From NCBI GenBank assembly GCA_963555815.3, contig CAUVWX020000001.1:672001-736000 (forward strand): a stretch of DNA of 64,000 nt, given 5' to 3'. Numbering within the stretch: position 1 is the first letter of the stretch; every line of letters begins with the position of its first letter. Positions 1 through 7,945 of this stretch are shown here, piece by piece. The position numbers were made by a program, and so were the translations under genes. This DNA is from a bacterium. GTDB lineage: Bacteria; UBA8248; JACPRG01; G963555815. The notes below the pieces were generated by a model. The model did no database searches. It saw only the letters and a list, made by a program, of their open reading frames with translations, and was not told the origin of the DNA.

Positions 1-1671
1 CAGCTCCTCCTCTCTGCCGACAGCCAGCAGGCCCGGGCCCACCTCTCGGACGTCAAGATAGAAAACCCGCCAGCCCCTCCTCCCTTTTGCATGCTCTTGA
101 AGAAGCACCTCGTGGGCTGCAAGCTGATGGGGGTTTCCCTCCGTGGGCTGGAACGGGCCCTCCATTTTCAACTGCAGAAGCGAGACCCTGTCGGCCGGAT
201 CGTGAAATATTTGCTCGTCGCCGAGGTCATGGGCAGGCACAGCAACATCATCCTGATAGAGGGCAAGACCGGGCTCATCATCAACACCCTCAAACCTGCC
301 CCGGCGACGAAGCAGATCAAGCGGCCGCTTCTGCGCGACCTCCCCTATGAGCCGCCGCCCCCTCAGGGGAGACAAGATCCCCTCGCCATCCAGGAGAAGG
401 AGTTCCTGGCCCTGGCCAATTCCCACCCACCAGGGGAGGAGGAGTGGCTCGTAAAAACCTTTGAGGGCCTGAGTCCGACAGCCGCCAGGGGGATCGCCCG
501 CCTCAACGTCAAGAAGGGGTGGTGGCCCGCCTTCCACGCCACGATGGAGCGAGTGGCCAAGGGGGAGTTTCGACCGGGCCTCCTGGTCAGCAACGAAGAC
601 CCAGAGGTCCTGACGGTCCTTCCCGCCGCCGACGGGGAGCAGGTGGTGGCCTTTGAGAGCATGAACGCCGCCGCCAATGATTTTTACGGCCACCGCGTGG
701 GGAGGGAGAAGATCGCCACCCGGCGCAAGGAGCTCCTCAAGAGAGTCCGAGCTCTCCTCGTCCGGCGCCGGAAGACGGCGAAGGCCATCCAGGGAGACCT
801 CGCGCGGGCGAAAGGGGCCGAGGCCATCAAACAAAAGGGGGACCTGCTCACTGCGAACTTTCAATCCATCTCCAAAGGGGCAACGTCTGTCACGCTGGCG
901 GACCCCGTGAGTGGCGAGATCGTGGAGATCACCCTGGAGCCTAGGCTCTCTCCCTCCGAGAACGTCCAGCGCTATTTCAGACGATACAAGAAGCTGAAAC
1001 GGTTGGTGGGATACGGACCCAAACGTCTAAAAGCCATAGAGACTTCAGTTCATCAACTTGAGATCACAGCGGCCGCCCTGGAGAAGGCCCCCGATCTGGA
1101 CACCCTTGAATCCCTGGCGAAGGAGACGGCCCTCGAAGGATCCGAAAATAAAAAGCCCGACAGGCCCAGCAAAAAACCGGCCCCCCCTCAGAGGGCCGCC
1201 GCCCCTAGGGCTAAAAAACGCCGGAAAGAGAAAGGACCTAAAGAGGACAAGGAGCCTAAAAAGGAGACGTCGCGAGCGGTTTCCTCCCCGGCCTGTCGTG
1301 TTCGCCTCGTCATGGACGGGTGGGAGATCCTGGTGGGAAAGAACAGCCGCGGCAACGACCGCCTCCTTCGGGAGGTCGCCCGGCCCAACGACCTGTGGCT
1401 TCACGCCGAAGGGTATCCCGGTTCCCACGTCCTCATCCAGCGAAAGGGCGCCAGGGGAGAGATCCCACTTCCGGTGCTAGAGGAAGCCGCTGGCCTCGCC
1501 GCCGCCCACAGCAAGGCCAACAAGGCCGGGAAGGTGGCCGTGGCTTATACCCAGGTCAAACACGTGCGCCGCGTGAAGGGTGGCCGGGCCGGCCAGGTCT
1601 CCTATACCGACGAGAAGACTCTCCTGATCCCACCGAAGGTTCTGGACAAAGAAGTGAAACAAAAAGGCTGA
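1..1671 (+). CDS. rqcH: Rqc2/RqcH (NFACT, FbpA-like) ribosome quality control protein, 5' end outside window
   Basis: Frame open from base 1; motifs EVMGRHSNIIL, ENVQRYFRRYKK, VGKNSRGND, WLHAEGYPGSHV typical of NFACT-N/NFACT-R. Confidence 0.9.
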   Translation, partial: QLLLSADSQQARAHLSDVKIENPPAPPPFCMLLKKHLVGCKLMGVSLRGLERALHFQLQKRDPVGRIVKYLLVAEVMGRHSNIILIEGKTGLIINTLKPAPATKQIKRPLLRDLPYEPPPPQGRQDPLAIQEKEFLALANSHPPGEEEWLVKTFEGLSPTAARGIARLNVKKGWWPAFHATMERVAKGEFRPGLLVSNEDPEVLTVLPAADGEQVVAFESMNAAANDFYGHRVGREKIATRRKELLKRVRALLVRRRKTAKAIQGDLARAKGAEAIKQKGDLLTANFQSISKGATSVTLADPVSGEIVEITLEPRLSPSENVQRYFRRYKKLKRLVGYGPKRLKAIETSVHQLEITAAALEKAPDLDTLESLAKETALEGSENKKPDRPSKKPAPPQRAAAPRAKKRRKEKGPKEDKEPKKETSRAVSSPACRVRLVMDGWEILVGKNSRGNDRLLREVARPNDLWLHAEGYPGSHVLIQRKGARGEIPLPVLEEAAGLAAAHSKANKAGKVAVAYTQVKHVRRVKGGRAGQVSYTDEKTLLIPPKVLDKEVKQKG

Positions 1672-1676
1672 TCAGC

Positions 1677-1712
1677 GTGTTTCAGATATAATAAGTGTTT
1701 CAGATATAATAA
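1677..1712 (+). repeat. Perfect 18-bp tandem duplication GTGTTTCAGATATAATAA x2 containing TATAAT
   Basis: Two adjacent identical copies (1677-1694, 1695-1712) just upstream of the RBS (AAAGGAG) of the WD40 gene. Confidence 0.9.
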
Positions 1713-1729
1713 GGCTAAAGGAGCAAAAG

Positions 1730-3799
1730 ATGCGTGCGCGCCGGTTTTGCCTTCAGGCCCTGATCGTCCTTCTTCCTGCCCTTCTTGCGTCTCTTGCCTT
1801 CTCCCAAGAAGTTCGGGTCCTCAAGGGGCATGGATATTCGGTCGCTTTTTCACCCGACGGCCGCCTCCTCGCCTCTGGGTCAGGGAAGACCATTCGCCTC
1901 TTGGAGGTCTCCTCAGGGGAAGAATTTAGGCGCTTTGAAGGATTTGGAGCCATTCAGACCGTCTCCTTTTCGCCTGATGGCCGCCTCCTGGCATCAGGGT
2001 CCGAGAGCGAGAATACGGTCCGTCTCTGGGAGGTCTCATCAGGAAGGGAGCTAAGGCGCCAGCGCCTTCTCGGGCATGAAGGCAAGGTCTCGTCCGTCAC
2101 CTTTTCACCCGATGGCCGTCTCCTGGCTTCAGGGTCATGGAACGACACCATCCGCCTCTGGGAGGTGTCCTCAGGGAACGAATTAAGGATCCTTGATGGA
2201 CATAGAGATATCGTCCACTCAGTCTCCTTTTCGCCCGACGGCAGCATCCTGGCATCAGGGGCAAGTGAAAAGACCATCCGCCTCTGGGAGGTCTCAACAG
2301 GGAGGGAGCTAAGACGCCTTGAGGGCCATGAAAATGGGGTCAACTCCGTCACCTTTTCACCCGATGGCCGTCTCCTGGCCTCAGGGTCATATGACCGAAC
2401 CATCCGCCTCTGGGAGGTCTCATCGGGGAAGGAAGTAAGGCGTTTTAAGGGGCATGGGGATGTGGTCAACTCCGTCTCCTTCTCGCCCGACGGCCGCCTT
2501 CTAGTCTCTGGGTCACGTGACAAAACCGTCCGCCTCTGGGAGGTGTCCTCGGGTAGAGAGCTGAGGCGCCTTGAGGGGCACAGAAACAATGTGTTAGCCG
2601 TCGTCTTTTCACCCGATGGCCGCCTCCTGGCGTCAGGGTCATGGGACCGAACCATCCGCCTCTGACCGATTTCCCCCGCTGGGGCTCCCGTCGTCGCCAA
2701 AGCGCCATCTCCTGCGCCTGCTCCGGAGCCTCCTCCCGTTGCCGAAGCACCTGCTCCTGCGTCGCGTGTCGAGCCCCCACGTCGGGACCCCATCCAAGGG
2801 CTTCTGGCCCGGGCGGATTCTCAGTTCTCGCGCAAGCACTACACGACGCCCGAAGGAGACAATGCTTTCGAGACCCTTCAGGAGGTTCTTAAGCTAGACC
2901 CTGGGAGCGAGCGGGCCCTCCAAAGGCTTCAGGAGATGGCGCAGATATATCGAGGTTGGGGCGACAAGGATCTTGCGCGGGGTAATTTTGAGCGGGCTCG
3001 GCAGAATTACGAGAAAATTCTTGTCCTCTTTCCTAAGGATCGGGAGGCCCGGGAACAGCTGGCGGCCGTTGACCAAGCTGAACAGGAAGAGGCCCGAAGG
3101 GTCGCCCGGGAGGAACATGAAGAGGGTCTTAGGAGGGAACAGGAAGAAGTGGCCTCTGTGCCGCCGGAAGAAAGGAAATGGAGGTCGGCGGGGTCGGGGT
3201 TCTTCCTGGCCGGGTCCACGCATATTGTGACGAGCAACCACGTCGTCCGGGACGTAGAGGAGATTCGAGTTTCCTTCCCCTCAGGCGAACAGTATCAGGG
3301 CAGCGTCGTCGCAAGAGACGCCAACAACGACCTGGCCCTCGTCCTTCTCCAAGGAATTCAACCGAAGAGCGGAGGCTTTGTCGCCGACCTGAGTGCTGAG
3401 GTCCAGGCCGGCGAGCGCATTCACGTCCTCGGCTACACCCTTGGCACAAACCTCAGCCGAAGCCCGAGCATCATCTCGGGACAGGTGAACGCCGCCACGG
3501 ATCTTGGGGACAACATCGCCCAGTTCCGGACGAATGCGCTCTTCAACGAGGGGAACAGCGGGGGGCCGGTCCTCAACGAGTTTGGCAAGCTTGTCGGGAT
3601 CGCCCGCGCGGGCCTGATACAGCAAGGGGTCGAGGGGATTCGCTTCGGCACCAAGCTTTCGGCGGCCTCCCTCCTTTTTGGCCAGGCGCAAATCGAGCGG
3701 GAGTTCACCATCCAGGTGACGCCGAGGGAAACTCCTATGCGCCCCCAAGAGATTTTCAGCGAATTCTCGCCTTTCGTGGTGTTGATTGAAACCCGTTAG
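1730..3799 (+). pseudogene. Secreted WD40-repeat / Pro-rich linker / TPR / trypsin-like serine protease, interrupted by in-frame TGA at 2663-2665
   Basis: Signal peptide and about 7 FSPDG...TIRLW repeats. The last TIRL-W codon is TGA instead of TGG. The frame continues into ORF 2936-3799 with the triad SNHVV, DLAL, GNSGGP. Confidence 0.8.
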
Positions 3800-3809
3800 A
3801 GGACGGTTC

Positions 3810-4709
3810 ATGAAATCTCTTTTTCTTCTCGTCTTTCTTTTTCTCTTTCCGGCCCACGGCCTTGCTCAGGACACCGACGTTACTGAGATGGCCCAGGAAG
3901 AAAAGCGCTCCATCGTGGTGGTGGCGGTGGGCGTGTACCCTTTTGGGGAGGATGACACCCTGGCAGGTGCGAGGGAGCGGGCTTACCAGAACGCCCTGTA
4001 GAGGGCCTGCGCTATGGCGGGGCTGAAGCTGAGTAGCGAGGCCCTGGTCCAAAACGAACTCCTGAAATACTCCATCCTCAAGACCGAGTCGGGCTGCAAT
4101 CAAAAGGTGATCGAACGTAAGGACCCCGAGCTTACCGAGCTTAGGTTGAGGCAGCCCGCGCGCGTCGAGGTGAAGGTCGAGGTCCTCTATACCCTCCTCG
4201 ACCAGGAGAACCGCCCCGTCTCTCCGGAATCCCTGGTCAACATCCCCGATGCCCCCCTCACCGTTAACGTCTGGACCGAGAAGAGGCGCTACCGGCAGGG
4301 AGAGCATATCGTCGTCTTCGTTCGGGGCAACAAGCCCTTCTACGGGAGAGTGGTGAGCATCAATCCACAGGGCATAAAATTCCTGCTTCTTCCAAATGAG
4401 TTTCGACCGGACAACTTCTTTGAAGGGGGAAAGAACTACCAGATCCCGGACGAGGACCAGGGGGATCGGTTCGACTTCACCGTTGGCGAGCCCCCGTACG
4501 GCCGCGAGCAGATCGTGGTCTTCGCCAGCTCAGTCCCCCAGGGAGACCTTCTGACCGCCCCCATCGCTGGCGGGGTCATCTCGGAGTTTCCGGGGACTCG
4601 AGAGGCCCTCGACTTGAGCGTGAGAAACTTGCAAGTGACTCCCGGAGCCGGGGCCGGTTCCGAGGCCGATTTCATCGAGGCCACCTGGACGATAGAGACT
4701 TCTCCTTAA
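3810..4709 (+). pseudogene. Secreted DUF4384-like domain protein interrupted by in-frame TAG at 3999-4001
   Basis: ORFs 3786-4001 and 4014-4709 are in the same frame; signal peptide; C-terminal VWTEKRRYRQGE...LLPN...PPYGREQIVVFAS pattern. Confidence 0.7.
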
Positions 4710-4893
4710 CCTGATCGGCGTCTCACACTTCCTCCACAGCTCAATCTAGCACCTCGCCAAGCGGGCGTTTTCCCTCTTCTGTTGGGCCGCCAGGGGCCCC
4801 TCAATTTTTCAGAAAAAACGGTAGTGGGTCGTTTTGATTGATTAATTAACGTGTTCGAGGGGGGGGGTGTTTTGAAAGGTTTTAGGGATCGTT

Positions 4894-4918
4894 AGTGCGT
4901 TATGCCGCTTAACGCACT
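4894..4918 (-). terminator. Hairpin downstream of doc gene
   Basis: AGTGCGTTA-N7-TAACGCACT 9-bp inverted repeat; no clear U tract. Confidence 0.45.
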
Positions 4919-4934
4919 TCGGAGAGCACGTTTT

Positions 4935-5375
4935 TCAAGGTCTAGCAAAGTCCCGCAAGGAACACCTTGGAGACAGCCACTCTTCGAATTCTTCTTTTCC
5001 CGTCTGTCCGTCTGCAATTTGAAGGAAAACCGCCGCAATTTCGCCTTGTTTGGCGTCTAATGAATATCCGTTTAAGCCCAGGAAACGGACTACACTGAGG
5101 GCGGCAATCCTCTTGTTGCCATCATTAAATGCGTGGGCTTGGCAGACATGAAATTCATAGGCAGCAGCCATCCCAAGAGGGAAAGAGTGTAAATATTCAC
5201 CGCCTGATGTAGCCCTCGCTTGGTGGATTGCGCTCTCAAGGGCGTTTCGATCTCTTAGCCCTGGCATTCCTCCAAATTCTTCAATAGCTGTCAAATGGGC
5301 CCCTATAACGTCTTCAATAAACAAAAAAGCGGGGCCGTAGCTTCTCACACGACCCCGCCCCGTTAAAACCATCAA
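4935..5375 (-). CDS. doc: Doc/Fic family toxin
   Basis: GGMPGLRD..LESA and Doc-type motif HAFNDGNKRIA; exact start uncertain. Confidence 0.88.
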   Translation of the reverse strand: MMVLTGRGRVRSYGPAFLFIEDVIGAHLTAIEEFGGMPGLRDRNALESAIHQARATSGGEYLHSFPLGMAAAYEFHVCQAHAFNDGNKRIAALSVVRFLGLNGYSLDAKQGEIAAVFLQIADGQTGKEEFEEWLSPRCSLRDFARP

Positions 5376-5376
5376 A

Positions 5377-5928
5377 CTAAAGATTTGCTAGGCTTTTAAA
5401 ATCTTCTCGGTATTTCTCTAGGCTCTCCTTGGTTACTTTCTCAAGAATTGCCTTTCGTCTGCACGCCATAGTCCCAACAATGTCTATACATTCATACTGC
5501 TTGGCCTTTACCATCGGTAGAGTAGAGTAGACATACTTAACGAATCTGCCCCACGGAAGCCTCCATGTGTCCTCAATAACCTTTCTTAGCACAATCTTTT
5601 CCTCGTTTGTAAGGGCTTCAGCGACAACCTGCTTTTGGAGATCGGTGGCTTTCCACTCATACCACCGCTTTTTATCGCCATACATGGTGACATCTTCGTG
5701 GATTTCAATCTTCTTCCCATCAAGAGACTCCACATAGGAATCACCGGCCCCAACAAATGGGCCATGGTTGTTAAAAATCCACCTTGTTTGCGTGAGTTGC
5801 TCTCCATTTCCCCACGCCCATTCAACATCTAGCAAGTAAATGAGCTTATCGAGCCTACCGCTCGTAAGCTCTTGGGGTCTGGGGTATTCTGAGACCAAGA
5901 AATCCACTAAGTCCGAGAATCTCGCCAC
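5377..5928 (-). CDS. Panacea (DUF4065/SocA-like) antitoxin with C-terminal Phd-like helix
   Basis: RLDKLIYLLD...W..NNHGPF...YVYSTLPM pattern; RBS GGAGGTG; coupled directly upstream of doc. Confidence 0.75.
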   Translation of the reverse strand: MARFSDLVDFLVSEYPRPQELTSGRLDKLIYLLDVEWAWGNGEQLTQTRWIFNNHGPFVGAGDSYVESLDGKKIEIHEDVTMYGDKKRWYEWKATDLQKQVVAEALTNEEKIVLRKVIEDTWRLPWGRFVKYVYSTLPMVKAKQYECIDIVGTMACRRKAILEKVTKESLEKYREDFKSLANL

Positions 5929-6039
5929 GGTTCGTCACCTCCACACTATTAATTTGGTAGATGGCGGTGAGGCACGTCAATAGCTTTTTCGCACTATGTA
6001 AAAAATATGGATTATTTTCTGCGTATCTATTAACACGCC

Positions 6040-6522
6040 ATGCCTCGGGGTCTATATTGTTTCTCAGCGTTTGACCTATTGGTAACCGGAGTGGATCCAA
6101 TAACTTTCAATGAGTCCGTAAAGAGCCAGATCGAAGTCCTCGCGGCTGGGGAGGCCCATATTCTAAGCACGATTGCTCCCCTACAAAAGGAGCTTGAGGA
6201 GATCAGGGCTCGGATGAACCACCTAGAAGGTTATTTGGCTGCCCTTGATTCGGGTGAGGCGCAAAAGGGCCTGAAAGAGAAAGAGCCCATAACGGATAAG
6301 ATTGTCCGTGTATTCGAAAGAGAAAAGCGTCCTCTTCACTACCTGGAGGTCTTGTCTTTGCTTAGGGAGCAGGAGGGGTTTGTTATGACTGGAAAAGACC
6401 CAAAGGCAAATATGACAGCAAAGCTAGCAGGAAGTGCAAGGTTTAGCCGTCTCGACCGTGGTATTTACGTTCTCACAGAGTGGACCAAACAAAATCAAAG
6501 AAAAGCCCCGCAGGAGGACTAA
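6040..6522 (+). CDS. Coiled-coil plus winged-HTH (HARE-HTH-like) protein
   Basis: N-terminal coiled coil, then PLHYLEV...GKDPKANMTAKL...RFSRLDRGIYVL; true start possibly GTG at about 6091. Confidence 0.65.
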   Translation: MPRGLYCFSAFDLLVTGVDPITFNESVKSQIEVLAAGEAHILSTIAPLQKELEEIRARMNHLEGYLAALDSGEAQKGLKEKEPITDKIVRVFEREKRPLHYLEVLSLLREQEGFVMTGKDPKANMTAKLAGSARFSRLDRGIYVLTEWTKQNQRKAPQED

Positions 6523-6536
6523 CCGTGCGGGGCTTT
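6502..6536. terminator. GC-rich hairpin at end of HTH gene
   Basis: AAAGCCCCGCA...TGCGGGGCTTT 11-bp inverted repeat. Confidence 0.55.
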
Positions 6537-6548
6537 GAAATTACTGGT

Positions 6549-6639
6549 GGATAGGGATAGGGGATAGTTCCCCTCGGGGACTTAAAATCCCACATAGTAT
6601 CCGGGCGGATATGCGGTTCGATTCCGCCCCTCTCCACCA
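6549..6639 (+). tRNA. Non-canonical 8/4 allo-tRNA-like gene, anticodon TAA
   Basis: Acceptor GGATAGGG/CCCTCTCC (8 bp, 1 mismatch); D-stem AGGGGA/TCCCCT with 4-nt loop; anticodon arm GGGA-CT[TAA]AA-TCCC; variable stem GTATCC/GGATAT; 4-bp T-stem GCGG-TTCGATT-CCGC; discriminator A plus CCA. Confidence 0.8.
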
Positions 6640-6810
6640 CCACAATATTTTTGGGTGGGCCTCAGCGGTAACTGAGGCCCCTGGCAACACCGCTTGGGAT
6701 GTGCCCCCTAGCGATGCACCCACCCTCTGACGAATTTAGGCTAAATCCCTCGATTCGTCAAGCATCCAACGGCGGGCATCACTCCCAGGCCCTTTTGGGA
6801 GTGCCTACCG

Positions 6811-7635
6811 ATGAACGTCCTGCCACTCAAGCGCAAGGCCCTGGTCCTGTCTGCCATTACCGAGGGCACCTCTATTCGGGGGGCCTCTCGGCTAACCGGC
6901 GTCCAGAAAAACACCATCATCAAGCTTATCTGCGACACAGCTGAGAAATGCTGGGCCATTTCAGACAGTAAACTCAATGGAATACAGGCAAACGATCTTC
7001 AATGTGATGAGCTTTGGAGCTTTGTCGGGAAAAGGGACAAGAGACTCTACGGCCACGAGAGGCCCTATCTCGGCAGCCAGTTCATCTTTGTGGCCCTTGA
7101 GGCTCAGACAAAACCGATCCCCTGCTTCACCGTTGGGAAGCGTGATCTCTATACAGCAACCAAATTTATGCGGGATCTAAGAAAAAGGGTCTCAGGTCGG
7201 CCTCAACTCACGACAGACGCCTTCCAGGCATATCACACAGCTGTCCGCTTAGCCTTTGGGTCCGACGTGGACTATGCTCGGCTGGCTAAATCCTTTGCCA
7301 ACAACGGGACCCCAAGGCGGGAAGGCTATGCCCCATCTGATTTCAGGGCGATTAAGCCTGTCGTAATTAGCGGGAACCCCGACCCAAATAAAATCTCAAC
7401 CTCTTACGTTGAAAGGCAAAATTTGACGCTGCGGATGCAGATGCGTAGGTTTACCAGATTAACCAACGCCTTCAGTAAAAAGCTCCCAAACCTTAGGGCT
7501 GCGCTATGGCTTCACTTCACCTACTACAATTTTTGCAGGGTGCATCAGATGCTGGGGGTTACTCCGGCTATGGCCTCAAATATTTCCGATTACCCCTGGA
7601 ATTGGAGGGAAATTCTGTCGTGGCAAGCCCAATAA
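6811..7635 (+). CDS. IS1-family DDE transposase (single ORF)
   Basis: N-terminal HTH (SIRGASRLTGVQKNTI); DDE motifs CDELWSFVGK, TTDAF, STSYVERQNLTLR; RRFTRLTNAFSKK. Confidence 0.88.
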   Translation: MNVLPLKRKALVLSAITEGTSIRGASRLTGVQKNTIIKLICDTAEKCWAISDSKLNGIQANDLQCDELWSFVGKRDKRLYGHERPYLGSQFIFVALEAQTKPIPCFTVGKRDLYTATKFMRDLRKRVSGRPQLTTDAFQAYHTAVRLAFGSDVDYARLAKSFANNGTPRREGYAPSDFRAIKPVVISGNPDPNKISTSYVERQNLTLRMQMRRFTRLTNAFSKKLPNLRAALWLHFTYYNFCRVHQMLGVTPAMASNISDYPWNWREILSWQAQ

Positions 7636-7709
7636 GGGACCGCAGAAAAGGGGCGCCTTTTATCCACCAGGAAAACGACCCACTACCGAAAAAACCTGTT
7701 GAAAAGTCT

Positions 7710-7738
7710 TTGATAAGGCGCAGTGCTTGCGGTATAAT
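7710..7738 (+). promoter_or_regulatory. sigma70-type dnaA promoter
   Basis: TTGATA-17 nt-TATAAT. Confidence 0.7.
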
Positions 7739-7862
7739 GGTATAGGTTTGAGAGAGCGTCCCCTGCCGAGTAAAAAGCGGCCCTTTCATAATGTTTTCAG
7801 AACCGACCTTCAGCTTTATAGCACCTACAGGGAAAACCTGGGGCGGAAGGGCCTCCGGAAAA

Positions 7863-7882
7863 GTTTCCACATCTGTTGATAA
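7863..7882. promoter_or_regulatory. Pair of DnaA boxes upstream of dnaA
   Basis: GTTTCCACA (7863-7871) and TGTTGATAA (7874-7882), each 8/9 to TTWTNCACA. Confidence 0.6.
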
Positions 7883-7945
7883 TCTGTTTGTGTGTGTGTT
7901 TTTAGGTAGATGTACCGTGTTGGCCTGGGGGATTTACACAGCATA

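Larger units (their letters stand above)
4820..7687. mobile_element. Complete IS1-family cargo-carrying transposon (2,868 bp)
   Basis: IRL GGTAGTGGGTCGTTTT (4820-4835) is the exact reverse complement of IRR AAAACGACCCACTACC (7672-7687). Flanking 8-bp direct repeat GAAAAAAC (4812-4819, 7688-7695). Lower GC than the flanks; transposase inside. Confidence 0.95.

Noticed and set aside
2663..2665. Selenocysteine or TGA=Trp recoding in the WD40 gene
   Set aside because: The position is a Trp site with no +22 GGU hairpin, and core genes (gyrB, groEL, rtcB) end at TGA
1830..2665. CRISPR-like array of ~126-bp repeats
   Set aside because: These are coding WD40 repeats; no spacers or cas genes. No CRISPR array was seen in the window
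3999..4001. Pyrrolysine at the in-frame TAG
   Set aside because: No pyl genes or methylamine methyltransferase context in the window; a nonsense mutation is simpler
6608..6639. tmRNA/tRNA 3'-end fragment acting as an integrase att site
   Set aside because: The upstream sequence completes a full cloverleaf with a 4-bp T-stem, it lies inside IS ends, and no integrase is adjacent
6549..6639. Host selC (tRNA-Sec)
   Set aside because: Anticodon is TAA not TCA, the fold is 8/4 rather than the usual 8/5, and the discriminator is A rather than G
6727..6760. Hammerhead (CTGACGA) or HDV-like ribozyme after the tRNA
   Set aside because: No GAAA after stem II and HDV elements are not in the required order; cannot be supported by eye
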